Under the pieces are notes generated by a model. The model saw only the letters and a list, made by a program, of their open reading frames with translations. It ran no database searches and had not been told where the DNA came from. A stretch of DNA of 63,969 nt, the filler included, from Sphacelaria rigidula (Eukaryota), in the NCBI GenBank assembly GCA_964200075.2. It is 11 parts of 11 records of this genome, joined end to end, with 100 filler letters (N's around TTAATTAATTAA, not from the genome) between each part and the next. Parts side by side here need not be neighbours in the genome. Positions count along the whole stretch, not along the records: positions 23,301 to 29,025 come from CAXNAA020024944.1; positions 29,126 to 34,849 come from CAXNAA020024945.1; positions 34,950 to 40,673 come from CAXNAA020024946.1; 8 more parts are not named here. The stretch is one strand, 5' to 3'. Numbering within the stretch: position 1 is the first letter of the stretch; every line of letters begins with the position of its first letter. Made by a program: the position numbers and the translations under genes. This document shows positions 24,964 through 38,167 of the stretch, piece after piece.

Positions 24964-26179
24964 TTAATGAGACAGACCCTTTACAACCTCGGTCCTTATT
25001 ATAAGCTGGCCTTTACTGTATTGGGTTACTACAGGGGTTGGAATTATAGACACAGTTGTCGCGCCGACTGCACTGAGCTGTTATCTGGATCGCAACTGGT
25101 CCAGATTCTTAGTTGCTGAGCAAGAAAGGCGCGAGCGTGTCCCCGTTTTGTTTTTTACCTTTGGGTACATCCCACACCCTAGATGATGGAAATATATCAC
25201 GTTGTCGAGGGGTGTACTGCGTACAAGAGTCATAACACGATCGGGGGGGGGGGGCGTACTCATTTGATGCTTGCCTTAGTCGTTTGACCATTGACCACGC
25301 ATCCCTTTCGAGACGGAGCACACGATCGGGGGAGGGTGTTTGATTCCACGAAAAAATGGGCTCATAAATGCTTCAGACGATCCAACACACTCGCGGTGCG
25401 CTTTTATTTGGGTAAAAGCGGTGTCAAGCAGTATGAATGAGCGTTTTTTATCGGAAACAAGCGCATTTGAACAACCGTTGCTGCTTTTCACGACGATTTC
25501 AGGTAGAATTTCGTGGAAGAAAACGGCCCAAAATACACCCCCCCCTATCGTAGCATGACTCACAGTACAGTCTCGACCACTGCGACTAATCGCAATAGAC
25601 AACGAGTTCTGTACTGTACGCAGTAAAAATGTTTACAATGAAATCTAGTGTCATCATCCAGGATGTGTGGTACATACACGCCTATCTTCGTGACTGACCG
25701 CGGCTGGGTCGCTTTGGGGATCAGTCAATGTGCGACAATCATTAAAATCAAATCAAAACGAAAAGCGTGAAGGGTATCACCTACCAGAAAGGGCGTGTCG
25801 AATAGGGTAAACCCGATATTTTTGGTATGGTGAAACATCGCACATGACCTGCTTAAAGTCAGTCGCAATGACGTGTATTGGCTTCAGAGAGAGGAACAAC
25901 AGCACTGGGCTGGCTGCTGCTGGGAGCATGGATCAGATCTCCGCTTTTCAGGATATCACAATATCGGGTATACCCTACCTACCCGACACGCCCTTGGAAG
26001 GGTACTAAACTTTTGGGGTACATCAGTCCACTGTTTGGATTCAGGCTGGGAACAATTTTTTTTCCGTATTACTATTATACCAAACCGCACGGAATGTATA
26101 CCACAGAGTTTCGTAGCTAGCTCCCGCTGTTGAAAGAAGGAAGGAAGGTGAAATTTAAAAAAAGGAGACCCAAAACTTC

Positions 26180-26595
26180 CAGGGATGTACACGTCACACA
26201 CTTGAAAAAAAGGGGGAAAACGTAACTTTGGACCACTTAACGCTACGTAAGGTTTGATTTTTTGGACGGGACAAATGTAACGTAACGTGATGTAACTTGT
26301 GGACCTTGAAGCAGGGTCTCTTGGGATTTCCCAGATGTAAAAAAAAACTGTTTTTGTGATTTTTCAACGTGACACGTGACACGTTACAAATTCACAAATA
26401 CAAGCGGAGTTTTCGTCACATTTGGAAAGGAAAACGCTATGTTAGGGCTCATTCGAAGGACCACACGTTACATCACGTTCCGTTTACATTTTGTCCCATC
26501 CAAAAAATCAAACCCTACGTAGCGTTAAATGACCTGAATTTACGCTGTTTCGAACGTGTCGCGTTTGAACGTCACGTGTAACGTGTATACCCCTG
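26180..26595. mobile_element. hAT-like MITE with long imperfect TIRs
   Basis: CAGGGATGTACACGTCACAC pairs with GTGTAACGTGTATACCCCTG. An inner inverted block of about 70 bp (TTAACGCTACGTAAGGTTTGATTTTTTGG...) is present. No clean 8-bp TSD. Confidence 0.7.
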
Positions 26596-28505
26596 AAAAA
26601 ATCGATTTCTCGCGGTTCGCTGTTTGACAGTGGTGCGGACAAAAAGGATACTCTCTCCCTTCTTTTTTTTTTGGCGCACTTTGAAATCGTTCCAGTCCTC
26701 GGGACGAGCCCGTCTCAACCCATCTCTCCCCCGTGCACACAGTGCATTTTCAAACGGTCTCATGACTGAGTGGGTCTATGGTAGGGGTGCACATTTTATT
26801 GTTTTTTGGACCTCTGCACTTTCGGAACCTGTTGATGACAAACATCTGGGCCTTATTCTGCAGCCTCAGACAACTTTTGGACTGAAAAGAGTAATGCTAG
26901 GATAGGGATGTAGAAATATTTTCTGAGGTTGAAATTGTTTGTTGCCCTTTATCTCATCCAACACAAGACTTATGGAATACGTGAGAGTATGCCAGGATTA
27001 CTATTCCAGTGTGCTAGGGATATCCCAAATGAATTTGCAAACGGCGATGCCCTGACCCGTATTCATGTGCATCTAGTACCGTTAGGAGCCCCTGAGCCAG
27101 TCAAGATTTTGCGCGAAAAGTGCACCCCTACCGTAGAATCACTGGATTATGACATGCGAGATCATGAGTACACACACCAGCTTGCATTTTGGTCTCGCGG
27201 ATTGGGTCATCGTCCACTCCCGCACCGAGTGAACTCTCGCCAAACAAGCTCAGTCAACTTACGACAGTACTTTTGGTTACCCATGCATGCTCACGCTCTC
27301 GACGGTGGAATTCCCGATATTGTTTCGAAGAAAAACACCAACGCATCCTACGGGAGTGGAACTCACAGTGTCTCCACCCTACCGTAATGTTGACAAGCCG
27401 AACCCATTGTTTTGGAGAAAAACAAAACAAAGACAGGAACAAGAGCAGGCGGATCGTACCGGGGGTTGACATATGAAGGTATACCCGATTGTGTCCATAC
27501 TGCTGGGCTGCGGTGCTACCGTTGGCATCACCGGAGGCACATCACGCTGCTCACGGAGATATTGTTGCCCCTTCCGCCATCTTTAAGCTCTTTATCGAAC
27601 ATCGTGAAATAGATCAGGAGTCAGGTCGTTAGCATTCACACGCCGGACAGATCATGATCCGTCTGAACATGACTTCCTCTCAGAATACTGATCCGGATCA
27701 TGATCCGGATAGTTCGGCCACCCTTTTCCATGTTTGGTCCCCACAGTGCCTGGCGCCGAGCACGCCGAGTACCGCACAGGTTGCACTTTGACTTTTCTGA
27801 CTCCCCGGTCACATATCGTGTGTTTTGGAACCAACGGATTCGGGAACCTTCTTTGATCTGTTATGCGAGACAGATCATGATGTGTCCCGCTTGTGTCAAC
27901 AGTTTGACATTTTTTTACTGATGATGATATACATTGCAGCTATACGGGTGGCATGTTTCTGGAGATGTTTCTTTTCCTCCTCCGCCGAGGATGTTCACCG
28001 TGTTCTGTCATCATGCTAAGCTTTTATCTCGATAGATGAGCCATGCCATGAGTCATCTTCGTCGGTGGTGAGCTCAACGGCTAGTTAACCTAGCCTGCAC
28101 GGCGCGTGTTCGTCACTTCTTCTCCCTTTTTGCTGTTGTTGTTGTTGTTGTTGTTGTAATATCAAATGCAGTATGAAATGTTTCTAGGGTAGGGGTGCAC
28201 AAAACGTTTCTGAGTAAGGGGGTGCTGGATTCAGACATATGCCGATAATGCTAACACAGTCAGTAGTATACGAAAAATCCAAGTCGTGCTGAATGTGAGG
28301 CAATCCTCCAGCGGTTATACATTACAAATGATGGGATTCGTGATCGTTTTAGTAATACGATGAAAATATACCTCAGACAAGATTTGGCTGAAGGAGTGTA
28401 TACCCTTACCGTAGAACCACTCTTTGGATGATGGCAATAAGACAAAAGCTCCCCGATCGTGTTGCAAAATATTTTTCATCACCTTTTGACCGCACACTGT
28501 AAGCA

Positions 28506-28553
<48 letters not shown>

Positions 28554-29567
28554 ACCCCCAATCCCCCCCGCCAACCCACACCACACAACCCAAAAAAACC
28601 CNNNNNNNNNNTTTTTCATCCCCCTTTGCCCGCCCCCCGTAAGCAGTGCCCCCCCCCCCCCCCCCCCCCCCCTCCCTCTTGATGGTTAGTGTCGACTGAC
28701 AACGATGCTGTAAGACACGCCACTCATCTGTAAACTAGGCAACCAGGATACCGTTTTTTGTTTTCTCGCTTGTGTTTTTTTGCGGTAACCATGATGGTGG
28801 TCAAGCTAGATCATTTTGTACGGAGTGGGAGAACCTCAACTCCGCACAATGGGGATGATCGTACAACGTCGTGTCTTACGTGGTGTGACAGACACCCATG
28901 AGGCAGCGGGTATAACCCGTGACTGTCTCTGGAAGTGGCGATACCAGAAAATAAAGCAGCTCATTGTAGACTGCCATCCAAATGCAAGATAATCAGTGGG
29001 CTTCGGGCCGAACAATCTTAGCAGGNNNNNNNNNNNNNNNNNNNNNNNNNNNNNNNNNNNNNNNNNNNNTTAATTAATTAANNNNNNNNNNNNNNNNNNN
29101 NNNNNNNNNNNNNNNNNNNNNNNNNCAATGGCCGACCAAACTACTGTAGTTTTATTCTCCGTCCCCCCCGATGCTGGCTTATGGTGTTTTGTGCTACAGC
29201 CCCCCCCCCCCCCCATGATCATGAGTACACCCCCCCCCCCCGCGCCAACAACAACAGGTGGTGAGAAATTCAGGCTTAAATACACAAACTGCGATCATGA
29301 GGAGATCGACGCAAGATGGGGATAGTAGGCTCAAATTGTAATCCCCCACACTGCTAATAGTGGCTCATCGCTACAGCACGTACGTACATGTTGCAGACTG
29401 AAATGAAAAATAGGTTAACGTGGTCCAAAACTACGGTAAGAAGCCACGACTTGAGGGCATGAGCTTGATTCTCGGCTGGTCGGGACTGCACTACCACACA
29501 GAAAAATATGATATCACGCAAAATTTCATTGGCCGAAGCAAAAGCAATGGAAGCTCCGTCCCAGTTT

Positions 29568-29570
<3 letters not shown>

Positions 29571-29634
<64 letters not shown>
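29571..29634. repeat. (CT)n microsatellite
   Basis: Read directly from the sequence. Confidence 0.95.
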
Positions 29635-29637
<3 letters not shown>

Positions 29638-30943
29638 GCTCGGTCGCTCGTTCGCTCATTTACTACTACTGTGCCGCGTACTCGCTTATGAAGTCTGCGG
29701 GCACCGTAAGGACAGCACTTGGCTATTCTATGTAGTATTACCGTGGACAGAAGAAACACGTACCTGCAGTTTTCTGATTGTCGAAATGAAACTAACTGCC
29801 GGAAGAATCCGATCGATCAAAGAGTAGTGGTCGACGACGGGCGATGCTACGGAAGGGGTCCACAGATATTTTCTCAGGTTCGAATTATCAGGAGCCCTCT
29901 ATCTCATCCAAGAAGACCATATAAAGTAGATAAGAGCACGCCACAATCAGTAATCCAGTGGGCTAGGGGCATTCTGAGTGAGTTTGATAACAAGGGGATT
30001 ATCCTGACCCATATTCTTATGTAGCTCCTAACTTTAGGAGCTCCTGAGTGAGGAAGATTCGGACCGAAATGTTCAACCCCTATCGTAGCATGACTCGACT
30101 GGCATCATTCGTGGACAAGACGCTACTTGCTCCCCCGAGAGACTTTTGACCCTGGTTATGACGCCAGCACTCGCAAGAATTTGATTGTTCAGTGACAGGT
30201 TTTGCCGTCCTGGTACAAACGTCCCGCAAAATCTCTGATGCTCAAGACGGTCCAAAGTGTAAATATTCCCGCAGTTTTCTGGTTGGTGAAAACAAGACAT
30301 GGAGAACCCTGAGTGGTCATCCAGGCAAGATATTTTTCTCTCTCGAGGACATCTTCATGACAGTGACGATGGTCCGTACATGAATTTACATTTGATTGGT
30401 CTCTCCGCCCTCGCCCGTCTCTCGTTAAACAGACGTCTGAAAGTCCCCCCACCCATCTGTCGTCAAATAGACGTATGAAGTCGCCGGTCACAACTTGCTC
30501 GAAAACAAAACAGCATAGTAATAGAAGATAATGTAAACCAGCAACGAGCGAGAGGTAACTAACCAAAAGATAAAAGTGTTGCGCTAAGCGTGCAGTTTTT
30601 CGTTATTGCCTGCAGAACAAGATGGCACACAGGGAAACAGGATAGCCAAGAGACGCCGAAAAAACGGAACAGAAAATATATAGCGAAATACATGGCGAGC
30701 GGACAGGGAGTAGTGTCAGAACACCCAGCAATACCTCAACACTAGAGAAGACACAGAGGCTTTCCACATGAGGAAAAAAATACGCGTAGTTTTCCCATTC
30801 AACAGCTCTGTTAAACTGGAGCAATGTGATTAGTCTAGTCCAAATATCTGCTCTTGCCTGAAGAGCGATGCCAATGACAGTCCGACGGCACCTTCGGGGG
30901 GGGGGATCACTTCCGATCTCTTTGCCTATTCGTCACATTTGAA

Positions 30944-31200
30944 GAGTGATGCTACGGTAGGGGTGCACAAAATGTTTCTGAGGTTAGAATTGTTAGGAGC
31001 CCTTTATCTCATGCAAAACACGACCTATGAAAATATATGAAAGTACGCCAAGATTACTACTCCAATGTGCTAGGGATATCCTGAATGAATTTGCAAACGG
31101 CGAGGCCCTGGCCCATATTTTTGTGCATCTAGAATCGTTAGGAGCCCCTGAACTAGACATAATTTCGCGAAAAAAGTGCACCCGTACCGTAGCATTGCTC
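30944..31200. mobile_element. MITE with GAG...CTC termini and perfect 4-bp TSD (subfamily B); related copies at about 26889-27144, 29839-30096 and 28184-28414
   Basis: TGAA|GAGTGATGCTACGGTAGGGGTGCAC ... GTGCACCCGTACCGTAGCATTGCTC|TGAA. The interior is homologous to the 26889 and 29839 copies; the 28184 copy shares only the ends. Confidence 0.87.
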
Positions 31201-32036
31201 TGAAGTGCCCGCAAAATCCACAACCATCAAGAACCGACCACTAAAACCACTCTCACGCAAAAATAAGAAGTCCACAACGAGCAGAGATCTTGGCATGAAT
31301 AAGCAAGTAGCGACGTTGCGGCCTCAGCTTCGACCGCAGCAAACCCCAGAGGTCACGCAGCAAACCCCGGAGGTCACGCGGGAAGTTGCGGCGATGAGGA
31401 CGGCTCGATCAATCCAAAAAGTGCCCCGTATATACGATACTCATCATCGAAACAATCTGACAAGTGGGGAAGGAAAAACCTCGCTTGTCTGGCCAAAACC
31501 ATTTCTCAATGCTCGGTTTTGACCGATCGTTAAAGTGCAGACATCTTCGTCATTTTGGGGCAAATCGGCTATCAGAGATGCTCCGACAGGTTTCCAAGGT
31601 CTACAACAGGAACTATCTGACTGACAAGAAATAAAGCTCGTGACACCGTCCATGATCAAAAGCCCCTGCATCGAAATATGACATTGTATCCACTCGAGAC
31701 GTCACCCGTCGACGAAGGAAGTTCGATAAGTCAGATTCACCCCGGTTTAAAACCTTTTCGCCAACGGAAAAACTGCAATGTGAGTTGTCTCTCGCGTCTA
31801 CGGTGCACCGTTCTATGTGTCGCTGTGTGTGTTGTCGTGCTGATCTGCGCTTTCACTATAACTATAACTATAACCATTAGAGGCATCGCCGTATATGTGA
31901 TTGTGCTGCTCGGGGTGCTCTTCGGTGTAGTACGTCGTGTCGTAATCTTGGTTATTGTAGTATCCCGTGTCAGCGTTGTTGTCGAAGTAGGCTCCCACCC
32001 GGTATTCCTGGGCCGAAGCAAGCGAGGGAGGGAGGG

Positions 32037-34768
32037 GGTACTCGTTTGTTGCTTGCCTCAATCATTCGACCATTCACCACGCATCCCTTTCGAGACGGAG
32101 CACCGTTCCTACATCTCATGGAGACACCTTCAACACTCCGGCGTTAATCACGTTTCTTCTATACATTACACAAGAACATGTTACATATCTAATCCCCTTT
32201 CTGTTTCACCACCTGTGGCCACCCTCTATCTCCTAGTATAGCGATCGTTTTCTCGCTACTGTAATGTACCAAACGATTTCTTGCTACCTTCGTTTACTTT
32301 CCACATTTCCCCCTCATACGCGTCCCATTCCTCCTTGTATAGTTCACATTCTTCCACTATGTGAGTTCTGCTCTTTATTGCTTCGTCACAGGGGCAATTG
32401 ATTCTGTGCATCTACTTCTTCCTTCACTCGACTACTGCCATGCCTCCTGCTTCTCTCTCGCAGGTCCAGGTCCCCCATCCGAAATCGCAGTTTCAATTTT
32501 TTCGCCGCGTCCATGGGGCCATGCAGATATGTTTCCATCCCTACCCGCTCTCTCAATCGCCCGTTTATTTCCAGGTGGTCTTCCTTGCCCACTTTCCATC
32601 TTCGCGCTTCTTTTTTCCTGATATCTGCCATGTCTCTTACTCTTTTACCCCCTCCCTTCACCTATGGACATTATCTCGCCTTGGTTTCCTTCTATGTATT
32701 TCCATGCTTTCTCGACTACGCTATTCCAACCATTTCCAGCCTTTTTCGTTATATGATTTCTTACAACCATATCAGCTATGGCTACAATCTCTTTCTTGCT
32801 ATGTTCCTCACGCTATGTTACCATTCCAATTTTCTCATGTATCTGTTTGTTTCAAGTGGGCGCAATCCCAATCCTATTCTCAATACTGCATTACTCGTCG
32901 TTTTTGAGCATCCATGTAGAGCTCTATGTTCTTAGCTGCTGCCAGCGGTACTGTTTCCAGCTGCTTCACCAACTCAACGTTCCCTTCCCACACTCATGCA
33001 TATTCTAGCTTCGGTACAACCACATTCATCAGTACACATCTCTTAATCCTAGCATCGAGGTGCGAGTCTCTGAGGATCACGCCCATCGTGCCTACCTGTG
33101 TCTTGCGCCTTGCTTTTGCGTTTTCTATGTGTGCATCTCCAGAACACCTTTTTTGTATCTCTCTCCTGAGGTATGTATACTGGTCTACAATCAGCAATTC
33201 CTCTCTTTCCCACTTCCACTTGAATCGTACCGGGTTGTTCATATCTTTGTTACTTCAAGGTACCGCGCCTTTTTTTGCGTTAGCTATCACTCTTCATTTC
33301 CTAGTGCATTCTAGCGCCTTCTCTATTTGCTTCTACAATCCTTCTGGTGTTTCTGATATCCCCACGAAATCATCGGCGAATATCAATCCCGATACCGTAG
33401 CTCCCCCGACCTTGACTCCTTACTTTGCTGCTTCTATTGCTATTATCACGCCATCAATAAACACTCTGAATATATTGGGTGATGACGTACACTCTTGTGC
33501 AGCTCCTTATAATATGTCAAAATATTTCGATATTTTCCCATCTACCATCATAGCACTTGTTGCACGTTTCGCACTATTTTTAATCATTCTTCACATCTTT
33601 CCTCTATCCCAGTTTCCCACATCCTTTTGCCACGGTCCATTTCGCCATGCTGTGTCTTAGGCCTTCCGTTCGCCTAGAAAAAAAGGGTACGTTGTCAGCC
33701 CCGCGCCTTTCCTACCTTGATAATCTTACCTAATGTGTACACATGGTCTGCGCAGCTACAGTTTTGTCTAAAATCTGCTTCCCCCTCATTCATTTTTCTC
33801 CCTTCTCCAGCATCGTTCTCACTCTATCGTTCGGAATCTTACAGAATGCTTCCCTACGGTGCTCCGTAGCGTTATCTCTCTATAGTTCCCTGGTTCAACC
33901 TTGTCTCCTCGCTTAAAAATGTTTACTACTACTCCCTCTCTCCACCTCTTGGGTGTGTACTCGTCGTCCCAAATCCGCTTATACAGCATAATCATCGAGG
34001 TAACCATTCCCTCCCCCTCGTACTTGAGAAATCCATTCACTATTTCGTCTGCCCCTGCTGCCTTTCTGTTTTCAAGTTTAGCTACACTCTTCTTTACTTC
34101 CTCTCTTGTGAACTCTCCCTGCAATTCTTCTGAGCCACTATGTTTCTCCCTTTTCTTAGAACGCATTTCAGTTTCGTTTTTGTTGGGTACAGTACGTCTA
34201 TCATGACACCACGGCTGGACCCCGGGGGGGTCAGTTGAAGTGCGACAATCAATCAATCAAAAATATCCTCCCGCTTTGATGCTTATTTATTTGCCTCTGC
34301 CCACGCGTATTTTTTCTCGAGTTCGGCGTCGAATCTCTTGTTAGTCGTTGATGTTCCTAGTTTTCGGTAGTTCTCTACTCGTACTTCTCTCTTCCCCTTC
34401 GAACTACTCACCATTTTACCGTTCTGTGCTCGTAGTGTGGCTATCCCCTCGTCTGCCTCTCCTGCCTGTTTATCTAGTATTCTTTTAATCCCTACCCACA
34501 TTTTCTTCATCCCGTCATCGGAATCTCCATTTGTTTCACTAACTGCATTTCCGTCGTCTCTTCCTTTTTCTCTGCCATCTATTTTACCTATTTCCTGTCT
34601 TTAGCATACTCTTCCTACCCTACCATAGTTTTAGTCGATGTATATCCTGCGTCTACCTCTCTCCTTTCTTATGTCTTATTTTACTCCCTCGCCCCACCAT
34701 TTTACCGCTCTGTTGCATACGACCACTTTCTTCATTATGACCTTACTCGCTGTGTTCTTGGAAAGGGG
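32037..34768 (-). mobile_element. 5'-truncated, decayed LINE with reverse transcriptase pseudogene
   Basis: RT motifs KAAGADEI, WREGVVVNIFKRGD...NYREITL...GK, FADD (33369-33380) and YTYL; C-terminus ILGDRGWPQ...NGAPSRKGCVVNG; many stops. Flanked by AAGCGAGGGAGG at 32020-32031 and 34769-34780. Confidence 0.9.
34140..34261 (+). mobile_element. Short retroposon 3' end with (CAAT)n tail, nested in the LINE; copies at about 600-700 (-), 9755-9858, 35200-35298, 40130-40190 (-), 63080-63185
   Basis: Conserved GTACGTCTATCATG...CCACGGCTGGA...TCAGT...GTGCGA(CAAT)n, preceded by a T-rich tract. Confidence 0.75.
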
Positions 34769-34807
34769 AAGCGAGGGAGGAGGGGATACATAGAAGGTAC
34801 ACACGTT

Positions 34808-34838
<31 letters not shown>

Positions 34839-35714
34839 CTATAGTCCAANNNNNNNNNNNNNNNNNNNNNNNNNNNNNNNNNNNNNNNNNNNNTTAATTA
34901 ATTAANNNNNNNNNNNNNNNNNNNNNNNNNNNNNNNNNNNNNNNNNNNNTTTTTCGTGCACCCAAATACCCCCCCCCCTCCCCTATCGTAGGATGACTCT
35001 GCCCTAAAATCCGTTTTTTTTCTTCCCCCCCTTTTCTGTTTCTTTCCCTTCTTCTCTTTTACTTTCTTTTCTTGTTTTACAACGACCATTTCTTTCTGCG
35101 CTTCTCTTTTATTGACTTTTTATTCATTTTTTTTTTACGTCTTAGTCTACTATTATATGTTGTTCTGTTCGACTTTTTTATTTTCCTCCTTTTCTTGAGC
35201 GAGTGTTTCAGTTTTGTTTTTTCTTGGGTACGTCTATCATGTGACCACGGCTGGATCATGACTCCTGGGGGGTCAGTTAAAGTACGATAATCAATCAATT
35301 TAAAATCAATTGAAGTCAGCAGTACAGTACTTGTGTGCCTAGAGTGGCGCCCGCAGCTCTAACAACACAGTAAGTACCAAAAAAAGTCATGCAGTCCGAC
35401 TAGGGGACGCGTTTCGAGTAGCAACCGCTTGCGATATGTGCCACGGGATTCCTGCTGCGCCGTGCATATTCCTCCCCACGGGATCCATGCCTGTGGCGGC
35501 AGTTGTCCGTCCTCATTGTGATGACTCCTCTTGCCAAGGTGGTTTCCTGTCTGGGCTCGATACAAATGGCACGGTAAGGCATGACTGCGTAAATTGGAGC
35601 ACCACAGTTGGTGTTAAATAAAAGGAATCTAAATTTTTTCGTGCAGATGTTTTGTTTCTTGCCTTCTTCTGCGGGCTGTTTGGGTTATGAGTATGGGTGG
35701 TATGCTTCTTGCAC

Positions 35715-35834
35715 TCTGTGACCACGGGTTCGAGAGATCGAGCTAATGTGACAGATATAATAACAATAATAACAATAATAATAATAATCATAATAATCAT
35801 AATAATAATAATCATAATAATAATAATAATAATA

Positions 35835-35870
<36 letters not shown>
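35715..35870 (+). repeat. Short retroposon-like end with long (TAA)n tail; copies at about 17690-17745 (-) and 23580-23705 (-)
   Basis: TGACCACGGGTTCGAGAGATCGAG(C/G)TAATG followed by a TAA/TAG trinucleotide run in three different contigs. Confidence 0.72.
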
Positions 35871-35873
<3 letters not shown>

Positions 35874-38167
35874 AAGACGAGCCTACATATAAATCGGGAA
35901 AAAACAAGACTGCAATTGACCAACCAAGCACGAGCAATATAGCAAAAAAAACACCAAATCATTGGAGAGTTGCTATAACCCTTTTGGAGCTGTTGATGGA
36001 CAAGTGACGATTTACGAACTCCAGTATGCCAGCCTTCGTCACCGGCGCACGAATCTGTCACATTAGTATTATCGAACTGAGAGTGGTGCACCGTTTCGGT
36101 GGGCTGCATCATCAACACTTGCAGGGAAAAAAAAACATATTTTGCCCAACAAAACGTCAATTGTAAACCGTCACTTTTCCATCAACGATTCCAAACGGGT
36201 TAACCTGCCTCCAACAAACACACACATTGAAATACTCACCTCCCATATTTGCTCATCTTGACCTATTTCCTTTATCGCCCTACACTCGGCAGGCCCATTT
36301 CCGCCAGCCCAGATGTTCTTCTCCAGCTCAGGAAGTATGCAAGGATGGCGCTCAGCGGCACCGTAAGAAAGCCACGTCGACTGGAAACCACAATGAAACG
36401 AGAGGTGGGGATAATTCTTGTTTTCGTGAAACCCTCGTTTATTTATTTTTATAACGGAGAAAAAACTCCAAGTAATGTACGTACTGTGGTTTGGCTCTGA
36501 GGGCGGGGGAGAACTAGTTTGTGAAATCCTCTCTTGTTTTTTGTATTTCCGAAAAAGCAAAGCTACGTGCTGTAGCTGTTGTCTCCTTTCATCGCTGTCG
36601 TTGAAGGAAGTCAATAATAGCACAGCCGAGCTTTGGTTGATCGGCATTTTCATCTATTCATGTATTGGTCGTCTGGTTGACTGTCGCAAATTAAGTGATT
36701 CGAGGCAAAGAACGAGCAGACACTACTAATATAATACAGAATTATATGTCGGTCGGCGTGTTCATCTTACATTTTGCGGTACCGAGAGCAGTCTGTATCT
36801 TGTTCCTCTACATTATTTCCCAAGAATCATAACTTTCCACAAATGAACCGTTGCGTTTTCCATTTTTCAAAGTTCTTTGGTCAATACAACAAACGTATGC
36901 TTTGAGCAGTAACCACGTGCGTCTTGCGCACAAGCTCTGCTGTGATTTCTCATGAACCAATCCTCCTCCCATACGACACTGTGATCCTAACTAAACCTGG
37001 CATCGTTTGAGGACTCTCGCGCCTACCACTGATCTGATGAAAGGAGGATTGACATTAAAAAAAAAACCCAGAAACACGCTGTCAAAATACCCATGATAAT
37101 CTTCCTACGCAGCATCGTCGGCCAGAAGGATCGCCCAGCGGCCAATGAAAACTCACCATCTCCTCCTTGAATGATACCCGTCTCCCCAGAAAACATCCCC
37201 AATTTCAGTAACGCCCGCTCCAGAAATAAAACCACCTACTCAACAAAGGCCCCCCTACTTGAATCTCACCTCTTCGTTAAACAATAACCCATCCTTCAGT
37301 AGTACCCTTCACCTGTACCAAACCTCTCCGAAAATAACACCTCCTCTGTAGATGTCACTCTGTTCAATAACAACCTCTCCTTGGATAACACCCCCCTCGT
37401 TGAGTAACACCCCTCTCCTCGAGTAGCGTTCCTTTTACTTGGGTACCACTCCCTCGTTGAAAAAAAACTTTCTCTAAGTGATACCCTCTCCTTCAATACC
37501 ACCTCGCCGTTGACCTCCCCCCCCCCCCCCCTCCTTCAAGAAGATTCTCCTCTTTCGACAACCACCCCCCTCCTTGAAAATAACACCACCCCCCCCGTGA
37601 TGAGGCTGTGGCTACTTATCGCGGCCTACCGGTCCCTGGGGTACTTTACCCTCATAAAATGTCCGTCAACCCCCGCGGATATCACCCCATAATGATGACG
37701 TTCCATTCTCCAAGAACTCGTCGGCTCGCAGGTGGTATACTCACGCAAGGCTGTTTACGATGCGCCGTCGGTACCAATGTCACCCTGGTGGGCGTGGTGC
37801 AGTCTCACTGGACAGTAAGCACCTCGTTGGACGATTGAAAGCAAAACCGCAATGCCTTCCTCGTGAACACTTCCATGCTTCCAACGCTGTGTTCTGTACG
37901 GTATACCTCCGGAGCGGGGGATTTTGGTTGGCATACTAGATCAGTGTACTGAACATCCCGGTATGGTTCAGCAGGGTGTTGAGCTCTGTTCCGAAAACTC
38001 CAGTACGGTCCGGGAAACGGTTATACCGAGAAAATTCCTCCTTTATGATTCTGTAAGTACCCAAATTTCAGTCGGTATACTCTACAGCACCAGAACTTGC
38101 CCGCATGCATCGACGTTTCAACGCCAAAAAATCTCGGCGAAAAAAAAAATACATCGCAGATAAAGTT

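Noticed and set aside
28500..28680. Poly-Pro/poly-Gly ORFs and duplicated TAAGCAGTG-C(n)
   Set aside because: Homopolymers around a 10-N gap, probably an assembly artefact; the same applies near 39460-39650.
31737..32009. Tyr/Asp-rich minus-strand exon
   Set aside because: It has an acceptor-like site but in-frame stops and no recognisable domain.
32398..33660. Plus-strand ORFs of 140-244 aa
   Set aside because: They are antisense to the LINE reverse transcriptase pseudogene.
35513..36160. 215-aa ORF with poly-Leu/Ile resembling a membrane protein
   Set aside because: The hydrophobic stretch is a translated (TAA)n microsatellite.
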